Origin: Anthoceros angustus | Lineage: Eukaryota > Plantae > Anthocerotophyta | Length of the DNA: 64,000 nucleotides | NCBI GenBank assembly: GCA_010909165.1 | Contig: VJWM01000019.1 | Span: 434,001-498,000, forward strand | Direction of reading: 5' to 3' | Shown: piece by piece, positions 37,652 to 49,882 of the stretch | How positions within the stretch are numbered: position 1 is the first letter of the stretch | Layout of the letters: each line of letters starts with the position of its first letter | The notes under the pieces: generated by a model | What the model saw: only the letters and a program-made list of their open reading frames with translations | What the model was told of the DNA's origin: nothing | Database searches by the model: none | Position numbers and translations under genes: made by a program

Positions 37652-38776
37652 GGTTTGAACTCACAATATGTCCCCCCTTATAAGCCCTCTCTTCACAAAT
37701 GCACTACCATCCACGCATCTACACTTGCACTACATACATTGCTGCTCTTACTTCACCTCCCCATCTAGCTACTCTTCTTTGCTTCTTCCCCTCCAGCTCC
37801 CCCTATACACTCTTCCAGCTTGTATCACTAGCCAGCCGCCTCTCTTTGCTCTCTCTACATTTGGAGGAGGGAGAACACCAATTAGGGCACTCATAAATTC
37901 AAATGACACTGACTAAGCTACCGTGGTTGCAACCGTAAGTTATCCAACGGTACCTTTCTTTACACTCAGCTGAAGTCCGCGTCCCGTGAAGGCGTTTTGG
38001 TAGAATGGTGATAAAAATGGTGGCAGACAGCTGATCGTTGTGCAGGCACGATCTGAACGATTGCTGGGTTTCCCTCTTGTCCTCTTGTCAGCTGCCAGTA
38101 AGGTGCAAAGATTGTCTTGATGTGCCAGCGTAGCTGCATGAGGCTCAGATCTGTTGAGCACCGTGTTTTTGTCGTATGGCTAACTCTCCCAGGCTCAGCA
38201 AAGCAGTGATGCACGATGGAAAATGCGGGTGTCATCACTGGCTCTCGGACAATTCTCGGGCAGGCTGATATAGTTGTCTCCGGGGTGAGAAAGATGCCCG
38301 CTTCCAAGCTGCTGGAGGTTGCAAGCTTGCCTAGCTCATCTGCATCTGTGGTTGCAGCCTGGAAGCTTCTGCCATTTGCTTACTAGGGGTAGTCCAGCTG
38401 CAAGGAAGAGGAGATGCATCAGGGCGGAGAGAAGCAGGGCCACCGTAAATTGCTGCTCGCGGGTTGGACCCTAATCGTTCCGGTAGAGCGCTGCTGTGGT
38501 TGCCGATGTGCAATTCCGTCAGGTGACCAGTTTAGAGGAGTTGAGCTTGGTTCCTTGATGAAATCCTCAGAGGCCTCTCATTTCCATGTGCTTGAACACT
38601 CCCACGCGGCACACAACGGTACAAAGTTACAAGCTCGTCTTTTGCAGTTTCGGAACATTCATTAGATAGGAGAATGGTAAGTTTGTCAAGCAGAGGCATT
38701 GCAAGAACTGTGCAAAGTTGGCACCTGAAGCTCATCTCGTTGCAGAGGCAGATATGATTGGGCAAATAGCAGGCAG

Positions 38777-41700
38777 TTTCCTGGACTTGAAATTTGGCTT
38801 GTTGGCTTCGGCTGCAAGTCCCGTTTGACTAGGATCTGTCACAGAAACCTTAGGGCTATGGCAAGAATAAAGGGCTTGCGGAAGCTCCGCGCTGAACTGC
38901 GGCGCTTCCATGATGAACTCTCTAGAATCAACTGCGTTCCATTTCATGGTGGGGAACATAGTGATGCACGAGAAATATCTGATGAAGGCAGTGAGGATTC
39001 TGGCAGGCAGGATGACGATGCAGTTTGGGACAGTGTTAACAGTGCAGGACCAAGCCATTCTTTCCAGAATGAGGCTGAGCAGTGGAAAGACGAGAGGGAC
39101 AGCCGGGAGCATAATCGTCAAGCTGCCCGACCTGCCGAAGTATCGTCATCGAAAGATTCTGGTTTTGATGATTTGAACACAGTTGCAGGGGATCAATCAA
39201 GGCCAGAGGTGGGAGTTCTTCCAATAGCGGGGCTTCCTGGAGACAAGGAGCATGCCACATCTCCAGGAAAAGGGCCGCTCGGTAGTGGTGAAGGTTGTGG
39301 TGAGCTAAGTTGCAAAGCTGCTATCTGGAATGGACAAAGTCAATGTGAATGTCACATCGACCAAGTTCTTCGCATATCAGCCACCTCTTTGTTCACATCC
39401 AATGTTGGCCATGTTCTGTCTGCAGAGAAGGGAGGCACTAATCAGTCAGGACCTGGCTTCTACGATGTTGAGGTTCAGGCACTTCAACCAGGTTCTACTC
39501 CTTCTCAGAGACGAGCTGTTTCCGATAATATTACTGTCCATAAAACAACAGGTACAAGGTCAGACGTAGCAGAGGATACCAGGTCTCTTACTACGTCAGA
39601 AGCTCTGAATATATCTGCCTCTCACCAAATTGCATATCATTGCAGAGATGGTATACAAACGCTGTTGGGAGGCACTCAGCAGGTAGTTGGACATGCACCC
39701 ACTCCCCTCATCGATAGAACAGGGTCCGTATTTGCAAGCGGATCTCTAATAGTCAATCTTGCGACTAATGGATCTGGTGGAACACGGGTCTTGGCAACAA
39801 CCAAAGCTGCTGTCCTTCCTCAGCCCAGTACATTTCAAATTGCCGGAACGGCTGAGCACCTTGATGGCAAAAGCTTGGAGAAGCAGACACAGGCTCCCGA
39901 GCTCTCAGAAAAGAACAGGCTTGAAAGTATATCTAATCTCGAGTCTCGTTGGAAGAAGAAGGGCCGAAATGCAGGTACGAAGGAAGACGTCAGTGCGGCA
40001 AAGATGGCCCATATGATCAAGCAGGCCCTGCAGGTCCGCAAGACATATTTTTAGCCTTTCGTTCTGCTCCTCATTATTCGTGCAGGTCTACGTTTTGAGC
40101 TTCTCCCCTGTTGTATCATGCATACAGATGCAGGGCACGGAGGCTGAACTTAAGCATGCATTTGGATATCGTGGCATCTTACAAGGAGGTACATCAAGCA
40201 GGTTCCCGAAGAGAAATGATGAGAAGCTGAAATATAGTGCTCTGACAGGCCCACCATCTGCAGCTCCCAAAGACAGCGACAACAGCGAACGCGGGATCGA
40301 TGCTCAATCGTACTTGCAAGCAATCATGGCTGCTTTGTCCCCACAGGAACAGATGCACCAGGCAGCAGTTCAGAAGTGTTCCTATGCAGAAGGTGCCGTG
40401 AGTCCAAAGAGACCTCAAGAAAAGATGTCTTCATCATCTCCAAGTGAGGATGAGGGAACTTGTGACAGAGGAACATGCATGTGTCCGAACGAACCAACGG
40501 AGGACAAAGGTCCTGGGCCATTTACCGCCTGGGTTACCACCACGCAGGATACGGCCTCTAAGCATTTCGACACAGTGCTTGAAGTTCCACCAGGGTCTCC
40601 AATCAGCATTACCTATGCACCCAAGTCCTGCCAGGTACAACCCGACAAGCAGGAATATGTGAGCGTCCAGGCCCCCTACATACATGAAGAATATACAGAA
40701 TGCCCATCTCTAGACAATTTGCAACAGCAGCCAGCTGCTGAATGTAACCCTTTGCAGTGCATGCTAGTGCCGCACTGCGATAACCGAGAAGCCATGATGC
40801 CAAAAGATCCGACAGAGAAAAGATTCGAAGCTGCGACCAGACTTTTGTACAATCTGGATTCCAAGAATGGCAGAAGTGGGGGTGAATGTGCATTCTCTCG
40901 TGATTGTCGTTGGAATCGTGGGAGTATCTATGGACGTCCTAAGCTTCCAATTCAAAAGAAGGAATCGCAGCCCCAATCGAAGGGCAAGCCACAATCAAAA
41001 CGGGGCCAGACTCATAAGGTGAGACTGATCGCACTTGCATAGCTTACAGTTTCCAAAGAATCAGCTATTTGGCATGAGTTTACAAGTTGGTGCGGTCTTG
41101 CAAAGCAGGACTGCCCATCATCCAGTGGCCTGCAGAAAGGGCAATGACTTTCTGATTTCATCTTCTGAAGTAGTTTGAACTTGACAGGGCCAACAAGAGC
41201 GAGGCAAAGCTAATGGAGATCCACATTTTGATGTGGACAAGCGCATAGCTGTCGCTGCTGCAGGTCTGGCCAATGACATCGAGGCACTGGTGGGAAATTG
41301 TGAAACAAACAACTGTATGCATGATCATGTACCGTGTAGATACACAAGATTAGATGCACCAGTTGAAGCTGCTGCACAGGCAGTAAGTAGGCTTACACAG
41401 GATGCCGTTCCTGAAGAAGTGGTCCAGTCTAGGTGGCGACAGTTCTTGGCGACACAGATTGGGCGGACTGTTTGTGCACAAGAGGCTGTCAAAAACATGA
41501 TAGGTGGAGGCATAGACTTTGATCAATTCCACCAGGTTAGTCCTCACTGTCGTGCACACACTCTGGGCGTAGTGGCCAAATGACAAGTGCTCCCCAGTTT
41601 GGAGCATTTGTCAATTATCAAGTAGCCACTTGATCGATATCCTAATTAATAGTCAATGCCTATGGTTTTTGCGGACCTGACCCACATGCTTTTCAATTCT

Positions 41701-44700
41701 ATCCACCATCCTAGCTTGTGTGAGTTCGCTGCTTAGACGTGATCAAGTAAGTTACTGACGGTGGTGTTCTTGGCTGGCTGAAGGAGTTGAATGACATTAG
41801 GAAGGAAAGAGACAGGATCAAGCAGCTCGAGGAAGTGTATCACCGCTTCAAGCAACCCCTTTCCACGGACAAGCAGCTGTTGAACTGCTGGCAAGAACCT
41901 TGCCTTGCGCCAGGTTATCAGGTACCTGGCATGTCACTCCTGGCAAACGTCACTCTCAACAAAGGAATGTACTTTGTTTCAACTCGAATGAACTCTGTTG
42001 CCTTATGATATTCCAGGGCGAAAACCAGGATGAGATGTTCCTCAACAGCCTTCGCCAAGAAGTGGAGTCAAGGATTGCATGTGTGGATACCGGCGCACGT
42101 ACTAAGAGGAGGAAGGTTGGGCCCTCACCTAGTCTTCAGGGGAACAAAACGATAATGCAGCCCAGCGCTCGGAATATTTCCCAAGCATCTACCGGCGGAG
42201 TCAAACACCAAAATCCAGATAACAGTGCACTGGGAGGAAGTGTTCGTGAACTATTGCTTAAGAGGCCTGTTGTAGCACAACCAGTTTGTAAAAGCCCACA
42301 GCTTGAAAAGCTTGTTAAGGAGGTTCAGGCTATGCTCAAAAAAGCCACACAGGTTGCAACAGGCACAGGTCAACATTCCTCCAAACCGGTGGATCTCGTT
42401 GCGCCGAGGTTTGAGAGGTTGGCTGCAAAAACCAAGCCTCCTTACCCGATGGATGGTCTAGAGGCGGCTAGACCAGGAAGGAATCACTTTGTTAGTGCAG
42501 CACTCCGCAGGAAGGAAGTGCGGCCTCCTGAGTCACTATTTAAAGCTGGTGCACCAACGAAGTGGATGGGAGATGTTATACGGCACACACCGCTCTCAAG
42601 GAGGGGACTGGCAGATGATGTACATCCTGTAAAGCTACCAGTATCCCCTTCTACGAAAAAGTCTAGGAAAGGAGCAGTGGAGCCTCAGCAATCAAGGCGG
42701 TTAGTCACAGCTGCTGAGAGCAAGGCAAAGATTAAGCAAAGATCAGATAAAGCAACGAGGAAGGTTGAGAAGTGGCAGATTGCTGGTCCTGTAATTGATT
42801 TCGATAACCCATATGAACCAGAGAGGGACCTATATCCCGTCCCCAAGTCCAAGGGGAGCAGAAAAAAAGCTGAGAAACCCAACGCAAAGAAGCATGATAT
42901 AGGCCCAAGTAACAGGAACCCAGTTATTGATTTCAGCAAGAAATTGGAAGATGAGAGGAACCTCCAGCCTCTGGTACGGTTGGGGCAGAAAGCTGAAAAA
43001 CGCAGGAGCCAGCTTGAGTCTGAATGGAAGCGTTTGGAGAAAGACAAGAGACTAGTTGAAATTTATGGGGCATCACTTCCCAGGAAAAAGTTTCAACATA
43101 AAGCTCAAATCACTACAGCATACTCTCATCCACAGAATGTAGCTAACCTGTATCTGAAGGCAGCTGGAAGTCGCCAAGACACTGTTGACTCCAGTTCCAC
43201 TCATAGTCATAGGGGTCTGGCCGCTGTTTCCCATCATAAAAGGAAGGGGCATATCAGGTCTCCACGATCCAGATCTAGAAGCCCACTTTCTGAACAGGTA
43301 GACGATTGGGTCATTGACAGGGGTCTTAACAATGAGAAAAAGATGAAGTACCCAATCACCCATCCCCAGAGCAGAATTGGTGGCCGTCCATACGCTGCAC
43401 CCAGAGGAGGACATTTTGATCACTTGAATAGGAAGGGGCTTACCAGTTCTCCACGATCCAGATCTAGAAGCCCATTTTCTGAACAGGCAGACGATTGGGT
43501 TTCTGACAAGAGTCTTAACAGCGAGAAAAAAATGAAGTACCCAATCACTCATCCCGAGAGCAGAATTGGTGGCCCTTCATACGCTGGTCCCAGCGGAGGG
43601 CATTTTGATCACTTGCACAGGAAGAGGCCTACCAGTTCTCCCGGATCCAGATCTAGAACCCCGCCTGCCGAACAGGAAGAGGACTGGGCCCTTGATATGC
43701 GTCTTGAGAAAGAAATCAAGGGGCCTCCAACCCATCGCCAGAACAGAATAGGCGGCCCTCCATACGGTGTGTCCAGAGGAGAACCTTCTCATCACTTGAG
43801 TAGCCATCCAGTCAGGCCCCTCCCTTCTGATCCTGACCCGAACATTCCGGTGAAGCACCTTGAGAGTAGACCCCTGATACACTCGTCCAAAGGTGCTGAA
43901 GATGAGGATGTTGAATCGTCAGGACCATCTCCTCTTACAAGAGAACTAAAAGACGCTGACTTTGATGGGTTCATTGAGACACTCACAGCAGAAGTGCAAG
44001 AAGAGATCTTAAAACTACGCCTCAGCAAGGACAGTGCGGGCAATGAGACTCTCACAGCAGAGGTGCAAGAGGAGATCTTAGAACTACGCCTCAACAGGGA
44101 ACAAGTGGGCAAAACTGGTGGAAAGGAAACAACTGCTGAAGCTTCTGAAGAACGGTATGAGTCCGACGAATTCCACTCGGATACTGAGGATCCAGCTTTT
44201 GATCCAACTTATCAACCGACAACCCTGAAATCGTTGGAGGGAGACTTAACACAGGAGAAAAGAGAGCTGGAAGACGAGGTATTGGGGCATGCTCTGAAGG
44301 AAATTATGTTGAAGAACGTCCTCAGCGACCAGGAGAGGTATGCATTCACCAGACAAATTAGGCCAAAATCTGTACATGGTCACCAAACTGGGAATTCTCA
44401 TATGTGTGGAGTTCTGATTCAGGTGGGTCTTTTGCGATGTGCAGGCATTATAAACGAATGCAACTTCAGGAGGGTGTGGAGCCAGACGGTGATGACTACC
44501 CTGTGCCTGGTAGGGAACACCAGCCAGAAACATCAAGGGTCATCAGAGGCAATTTGCCTTTGTCACAGGAATCTGATAGATATCAGGAGAGAGCTATTGG
44601 TGTACAAACCCCCTTGAACCGTGTGTCCATTGTGGGCGTTCAGACAACAGGGTATGAGCAAAAATATGCGGGAGTACAAACTACTGACTATGACAAAAAA

Positions 44701-46218
44701 TATGCTGCTGTGCAAACTTCTGACTATGACAGGAGATACGCTGAATCTCAGACCAACGAGAGGAAATATGCCGGTATCCAAACCATCCCTTCTGAAGGAA
44801 AATATGCTGGTGTGCAGACCAGCCACTTTGAGAATTACGGTGAATCGCAGACAACTGCCTCGGAAAGGAGATATGCTAGTGCTCAGACTATGAGCTTAGA
44901 TGAGAAATATGCTAGTGTCCAGACCATGCCCGCAGAAAGAAAGTATGCTAGCATCCAAACCGACGCAGAGATGACAACGAGCGTGCAAACAGCTATGGAT
45001 GATGGGGCTCCAATAATGAACTTTCATGAAGGTGAGGTTGGATGGGACGGTGAAAGAGCTCCTGCGTCCAAGAAGGTCGTGTATGCACTTCAGTCAGTTC
45101 CAAGCAGTAGCAAAATTGGCTACTACGAGCCTGTATACGGCCAGATGAAATCTCCGGAGGGCGAACCTGGCTGGGATACATCACGTGAAGAAAAGTCTGC
45201 TCCCGAGAAATCTGCATACCAAACAGATCCAGGAAGTGGTAAAGCTGGGTACTCCCAGCCCACGTATGTGGAAGCTCAGGAAGGCGAACTTGGCTTGGGG
45301 AGAACACGTGAAGAAGAGTCTGCTCCCAAAAAATCTGTATCCGCGTTTCCAGGCAGTAGTCGAACTGGGTACTTTGAGCCATCCTATGGCCAGATGGACG
45401 CTCAGGAAGGCAGAGTTGAACGCGAGGGACCACATGAGGAAGGTTCTGCTCCTAAAACAATTTTGTCCGCCCTCCTAGAGATGCCGAGTGATAGCAAATC
45501 TGGCGATGCTTACCGTTCTCCGGAGTATGGCAGAATGGAAGAATGGCATTACAAGAGCGAACCACAGCAGGATCCCTCTGACCCTCAAGGTGCCAAAATG
45601 CTACCCAGTGTAAAGCAAGAGAGAAATCTGGAAAGACCGAGCTCTCCACCATCGCCTTCCACTCCTAGCACACCCTCATCTGATCCTATGCATGAGGCAA
45701 TGCTGGTAGCCGCTTTGGCTCCATTTCCTGAACTGACCACTACAAATGAAGAAGTCCATGTGCTTGGTAGAGAGTTTGCTGCAAGATATGGTGCAGAAGT
45801 GCCCGGTGCAGGACCCAGTGAAGCAGCAAGAGGTGTAGGGGAGCTACCGAGAGCTGACTGGCCAGTTGCAGTGGACCAAGGTGAACTTGACCAGCCAGAT
45901 ATTCGCTGCCAACCAGAACTACGAGGCCAACCAGAACTAAGAGGGCAACCAGAACTAAGAGGGCAACCAGAACTCAGAGGGCAACCAGAACTCAGAGGGC
46001 AACCAGAACTAAGAGGGCAACCAGAACTAAGAGGGCAACCAGAACTAAGAGGGCAACCAGAACTAAGAGGGCAAACAGAACTAACAGGCCAACCAGCACA
46101 AAGAGGCCAACCAGAACCAAGAGGCCAACCATCTATCAGAGGCCAACCAGATACAAGGACCGAGACTGGTGTACAAGGTGCAGTGGAAGAAGACATCAGG
46201 AACGTCCTACTGAGGTAA
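38777..46218 (+). CDS. Very large (>2,000 aa by my estimate) multi-exon low-complexity orphan protein with several internal repeat arrays; 5' end not defined
   Basis: Consecutive long ORFs (38825-40054, 40080-41042, 41233-41583, 41900-44617, 44404-46218) can be joined through phase-compatible GT-AG introns (e.g. donor 40034/acceptor 40127, donor 41019/acceptor ~41187, donor 44339/acceptor ~44444). Stop TAA at 46216-46218. Confidence 0.65.
43259..43760 (+). repeat. 189-bp (63-aa) coding repeat, ~2.7 copies
   Basis: SPRSRSRSP.SEQ.DDW...NxEKKMKYPITHPxSRIGG units start at 43259, 43448 and 43637. Confidence 0.9.
43976..44100 (+). repeat. 69-bp (23-aa) coding duplication
   Basis: ETLTAEVQEEIL(K/E)LRL at 43976 and 44045. 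Confidence 0.9.
45913..46146 (+). repeat. 18-bp coding minisatellite: PELRGQ x9 plus 4 degenerate units
   Basis: ccagaact(a/c)agagggcaa units from 45913 to 46074, then TELTGQ, PAQRGQ, PEPRGQ and PSIRGQ. Confidence 0.95.
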
Positions 46219-48075
46219 GCAAGCAGTGCCATTTAAACTATTGCCATGTTGGATGTTGAATGCTTCACATAATTGGAAGACTTGTTTCTGCAGTCGGCGG
46301 CATTTGAGAAGGGTAGAGGCGACGGAATCGGTTGCACTCTCTATGATCTCAAAAGCTGTGCGGAGCGACTCATCCAGATCATCATCTTCTGAATCCTCTG
46401 CGGCATCTTTCACGATTATACAACCACCGGCACAGCCAAGTTCCCCTTTATCTCCGGGTGAAGTGGCAGGTAATCTGTTAAAGCTTCATTAGGTTCCTCA
46501 TCTTTCAGTACTAAAGGCTTGCCCTGGTACTAAAGGATTTGCTCGTGAACCTGAGTAGGTGCCGTAAGCATGAACCCAGGGATGCTTCGTAGACGTTCAA
46601 GCCTGGAGCAAGACCTTGGCACAAGATACTTCAAGCTGAGAAGGTACTCGTCACTGGCTGCAGCGGAAGTCCAACTGCAACACCATCCCACATCTTCCCA
46701 AATGTCAGAAGGTACATCCAGCACTCACATCTAGTGTCCCAAAGAGAAGCACATGCCACTCAAGGCTCTAAGAAAAAGGCTGTGAACTGTTGCAATGCTG
46801 ACAGGTGAGACGGACATTGGAGCACTGCTGGAAATTGACGAACCTGGACAAACTCAGTTCGTTACTGGCACAGATCCTCAAGGAGAACCTGGTGAGATTA
46901 CTTTGCAGCAGCCACCGACAATGCAGTCAGACCTCTTGGATAGGAATTCAGACAGAAGCTGGTCCGAGGGGGAACTGGACTTAGGATTGTTGGAACTGGA
47001 CTTGGGAGCGTTGGAGTCTTGAAGTCGATGGTCTCTGAAAACTGAGGGAACTGGCTTCTATCAGATCTAAAACGTGAGCCAACATCACATTACAGCGACT
47101 TGTATGTCATACAATTCCTCCAGGTAGATTTGGTCTGTTCTGCGTATATCCTGCTTGACTGAGTCTTGGGCACATTTCAAAATCGCATAGGTATCGATGA
47201 TGATCCCGTCTCCACTCAAGTCATACTGTAAATGCTCCATTCAGTTTGGCACTTGAGACTCGACGGAATTCCTACATAAGAAGAAGAAGAATATATTCTA
47301 GTCCACTTGGACGTAATACCTGGACGGTTGCCGCCTAATTTTTCAGTTCCACTGAAGTCCTCTACATATGCACTGGAATGGACCATAGGAATTGACCACT
47401 GGTGTGAGTTGCGAGTTCATCGTGCAGACATGTCAATAATAGTGTGCGCCGGCCGACAATGGGTGGGCTCTAGTCAAAGCAGCCAGTCTAGTTGTTGAAT
47501 AAGAAATTGATGCGATCAGCTGCGGAGGAGAGTCGGGAATAAGAGCGCAGCACGAGCTTCGACCTTTGGAAACAACGCTGAAACATAGGTGCAGCCTGGT
47601 GTTCAATTGGAAGGTGGCTGGAGCGTGAAAAGAAGGAAGGTTCCAGCAAGTAGCTTACGGCACGTTTTCTGATGAAAGGTCCAGGCAATGGCCTGCAAGC
47701 TGTTAGTAAGATGCGTTGGGAGTTCTTCCAGTGCTCGCCTTGTAACTTTTCCGTCTCCTGATTTGTCTCTAGTGATGTCACACAGGGTTCCAGAACATCC
47801 CATAAGATTTTCAGATGGCTGGGATTAGATGGGTAGAGTAGGTCGGTGCTGCCATAGCTCATACATGCCATGCCCTTGGTCATCGGGGCCCTGTTTCTTT
47901 GACCAGTCTATCAGGGAAGATGGAAAAACTGACGAGTCTGGACAAACTCTCACAATTCGTACTGTAACTGGTACGGATCATCAGAGAGAACCTGGTGGCC
48001 AATATTGCAATAGGAAGCCAATTCAAGCAGGAGCTGGTCTATGGGTTGACTCAACGTAGGAGCGTGGGACTCATG
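46207..48075 (-). pseudogene. Tandem pair of decayed copies of an unknown minus-strand protein gene
   Basis: Matching peptides occur about 1.05-1.1 kb apart: DSNAP..PSDQLLSEF/HQVLLED/EFVQVRQF/PSHL..LEP*V versus ESHAP..PIDQLLLEL/HQVLSDD/EFVQTRQF/PSHL..LEPCV. Both copies contain in-frame stops. Confidence 0.5.
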
Positions 48076-48135
48076 AGATGCATGGCTTTAGAAGACAGAG
48101 GACACTGGCTACAATCGGATCCCAAAAGTGGGTCA

Positions 48136-49144
48136 TTACACGACGGCGGCTTTTGTGTCATCTAGTTCATCCAAGGAGAGCTGCTTTGTGCTGTGAATAT
48201 ACTCCTTGGTTGAGCTTTGGTCAATATCAGTCAGGTCACACTGCTGCACTTCAAATTTCTGCTGTAATGCTTGCATGATTGATTCAAGAAAAAGATCTCG
48301 AGATGGCAGATGATCTTTTAGCCGGCAAATGAAATCAGTATGCCGCCGAGCCTGTGAGACCTTGTGCTGTTCAGTTTCGTGGGTATACACGAGTGGCATC
48401 ACACAGCAGACAAAAGAAACACACAAGAGGGACTTGCCTGGCGATATTCGGGACTCCGATCAGGAAACTTCAGGTAGCTCATTCGAGTGGCCTCGTAGTC
48501 CCACAAGAAGGATGTATGATGAAGCCATCTATCTTTGATGATAGACTGTGCATTACCTCCAAACTTCATCTGGCCGATGACATAGTCTGCACACACACAC
48601 CTACACCTGGTCACCCAGCCACACCAGGACTACTGTTCCCCAACTGAAGCTTACCGTGCTCGAGGAGCCGAAACCCTGGAACGTCCCGGAACACAGACGA
48701 GTACATGCCCTCAGTCCACTTCATTATGGGACGAGGATACAGCTGCAACCCTGGCTCCGCATCTCGTGAGCAGATGAAAGTGACAAAAACTGTCCCCTGA
48801 TCAACCATAACAGTTCCTCCTCCACTGAAGCGTTTGATAACAGGGATCTGGTCACGCACGACAGCCTTCACATCAAGAAGCAGCTCTGGACGCCTGCAGG
48901 GCAAGGTTGCACTCTCAGCTCCCTGATACAGCAAGCCTGAAACGGGAGTTGAGCATCATCTTCGGCGAGGTAGGACCCGGTACCCTGAGATTCCCATGAC
49001 AATGGACGGAGGAAGGGTCCCATCGTTGAGGATGCACCAATTGTGGTGCGTCGTTCGAAGCAACAGCTCCTCCAAATGCAGCTGTTGGAGAATAGGGAAG
49101 CCTCGGAGGTGCAGCAATCGCATTCCAGGTCTGCCTGCCATCAT
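48136..49144 (-). CDS. Biotin/lipoate A/B protein ligase family protein (LplA-like, At3g29010-type; multi-exon)
   Basis: LRGFPILQQLHLEELLLR...NWCILNDGT, IPVIKRFSGGGTV, QLYPRPIM, KFGGNAQSIIKDRWLHHTSFLWDY and RHTDFICRLKD. Confidence 0.93.
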
Positions 49145-49388
49145 CCACAGAATCTGGAATGCGCTCCTTCTACAAGCGGCCCATCAGTTGATTCATCCCC
49201 GAATGGAGCACGGTAACGATCACGTCACACGCTCTGCAGGAGACGCCCGCCGTCATCGTCTTTCTGCACCAGACACCAAGCATAGCTGCTGCCCACGCGA
49301 AGCTCGTCTCCCACCATGGGTTTAGGGTTTTTGGCTATACCCATTCTAAGGTGTGTTAGGTAAAATGTAACACAAGTGGTCAACCACC

Positions 49389-49579
49389 GCTGGAGTAGCT
49401 CAGTCGGTTAGAGCGAGTGGCCCCGATTCATAAGGTCGTGTGTTCGGACCCTGCCATAGACATACATTGCAGAATTTGAGCCCCACCTCTAGCGTCCAAC
49501 CTAGCATCACTGACTATACATGTCGTGAGAGGTAGAGCTATTGGCCACGATGACGGAGGTTCAAGCCCTCCCTCCAGCA
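49389..49579 (+). pseudogene. tRNA-Asn-like pseudogene/composite: intact 5' half and intact 3' half separated by ~120 nt
   Basis: GCTGGAG-TA-GCTC-AGTCGGTTA-GAGC (acceptor 5' strand plus D arm) at 49389-49414. GGAGG-TTCAAGC-CCTCC-CTCCAGC-A at 49555-49579. The anticodon loop is non-canonical (C33). Confidence 0.6.
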
Positions 49580-49882
49580 CGTTTGGACTTTTCCCCGTTG
49601 TGGTGTGTACGTCCTGAGGAGTAAAGTCCGCGGCCAAGGCGCATACATTGACGACTTTGACTGCCCCCTGTGGCGAATGAGCCGGCCGTTCCGTGGAAGA
49701 CGACGAATTTAATAGTTGGGAGTTCCTCACCCGCTACAAAAGCTGCTCCTGTGGTTGGAGTCCTCAACAAATTGTGTTCACCTTCGCTTGCTGCAAAAGC
49801 TGCTCCCTCGCTTGCTACAAAAGCTGCTCCCGAGTCGAGTCCCCAACAGATTGTGTAGCTCGTCCAGTGCCGGTCGCTGGCT

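Noticed and set aside
46795-47022. Plus-strand ORF as a further exon of the giant gene
   Set aside because: Comparison with the duplicate at ~47920-48060 shows peptide conservation on the minus strand instead.
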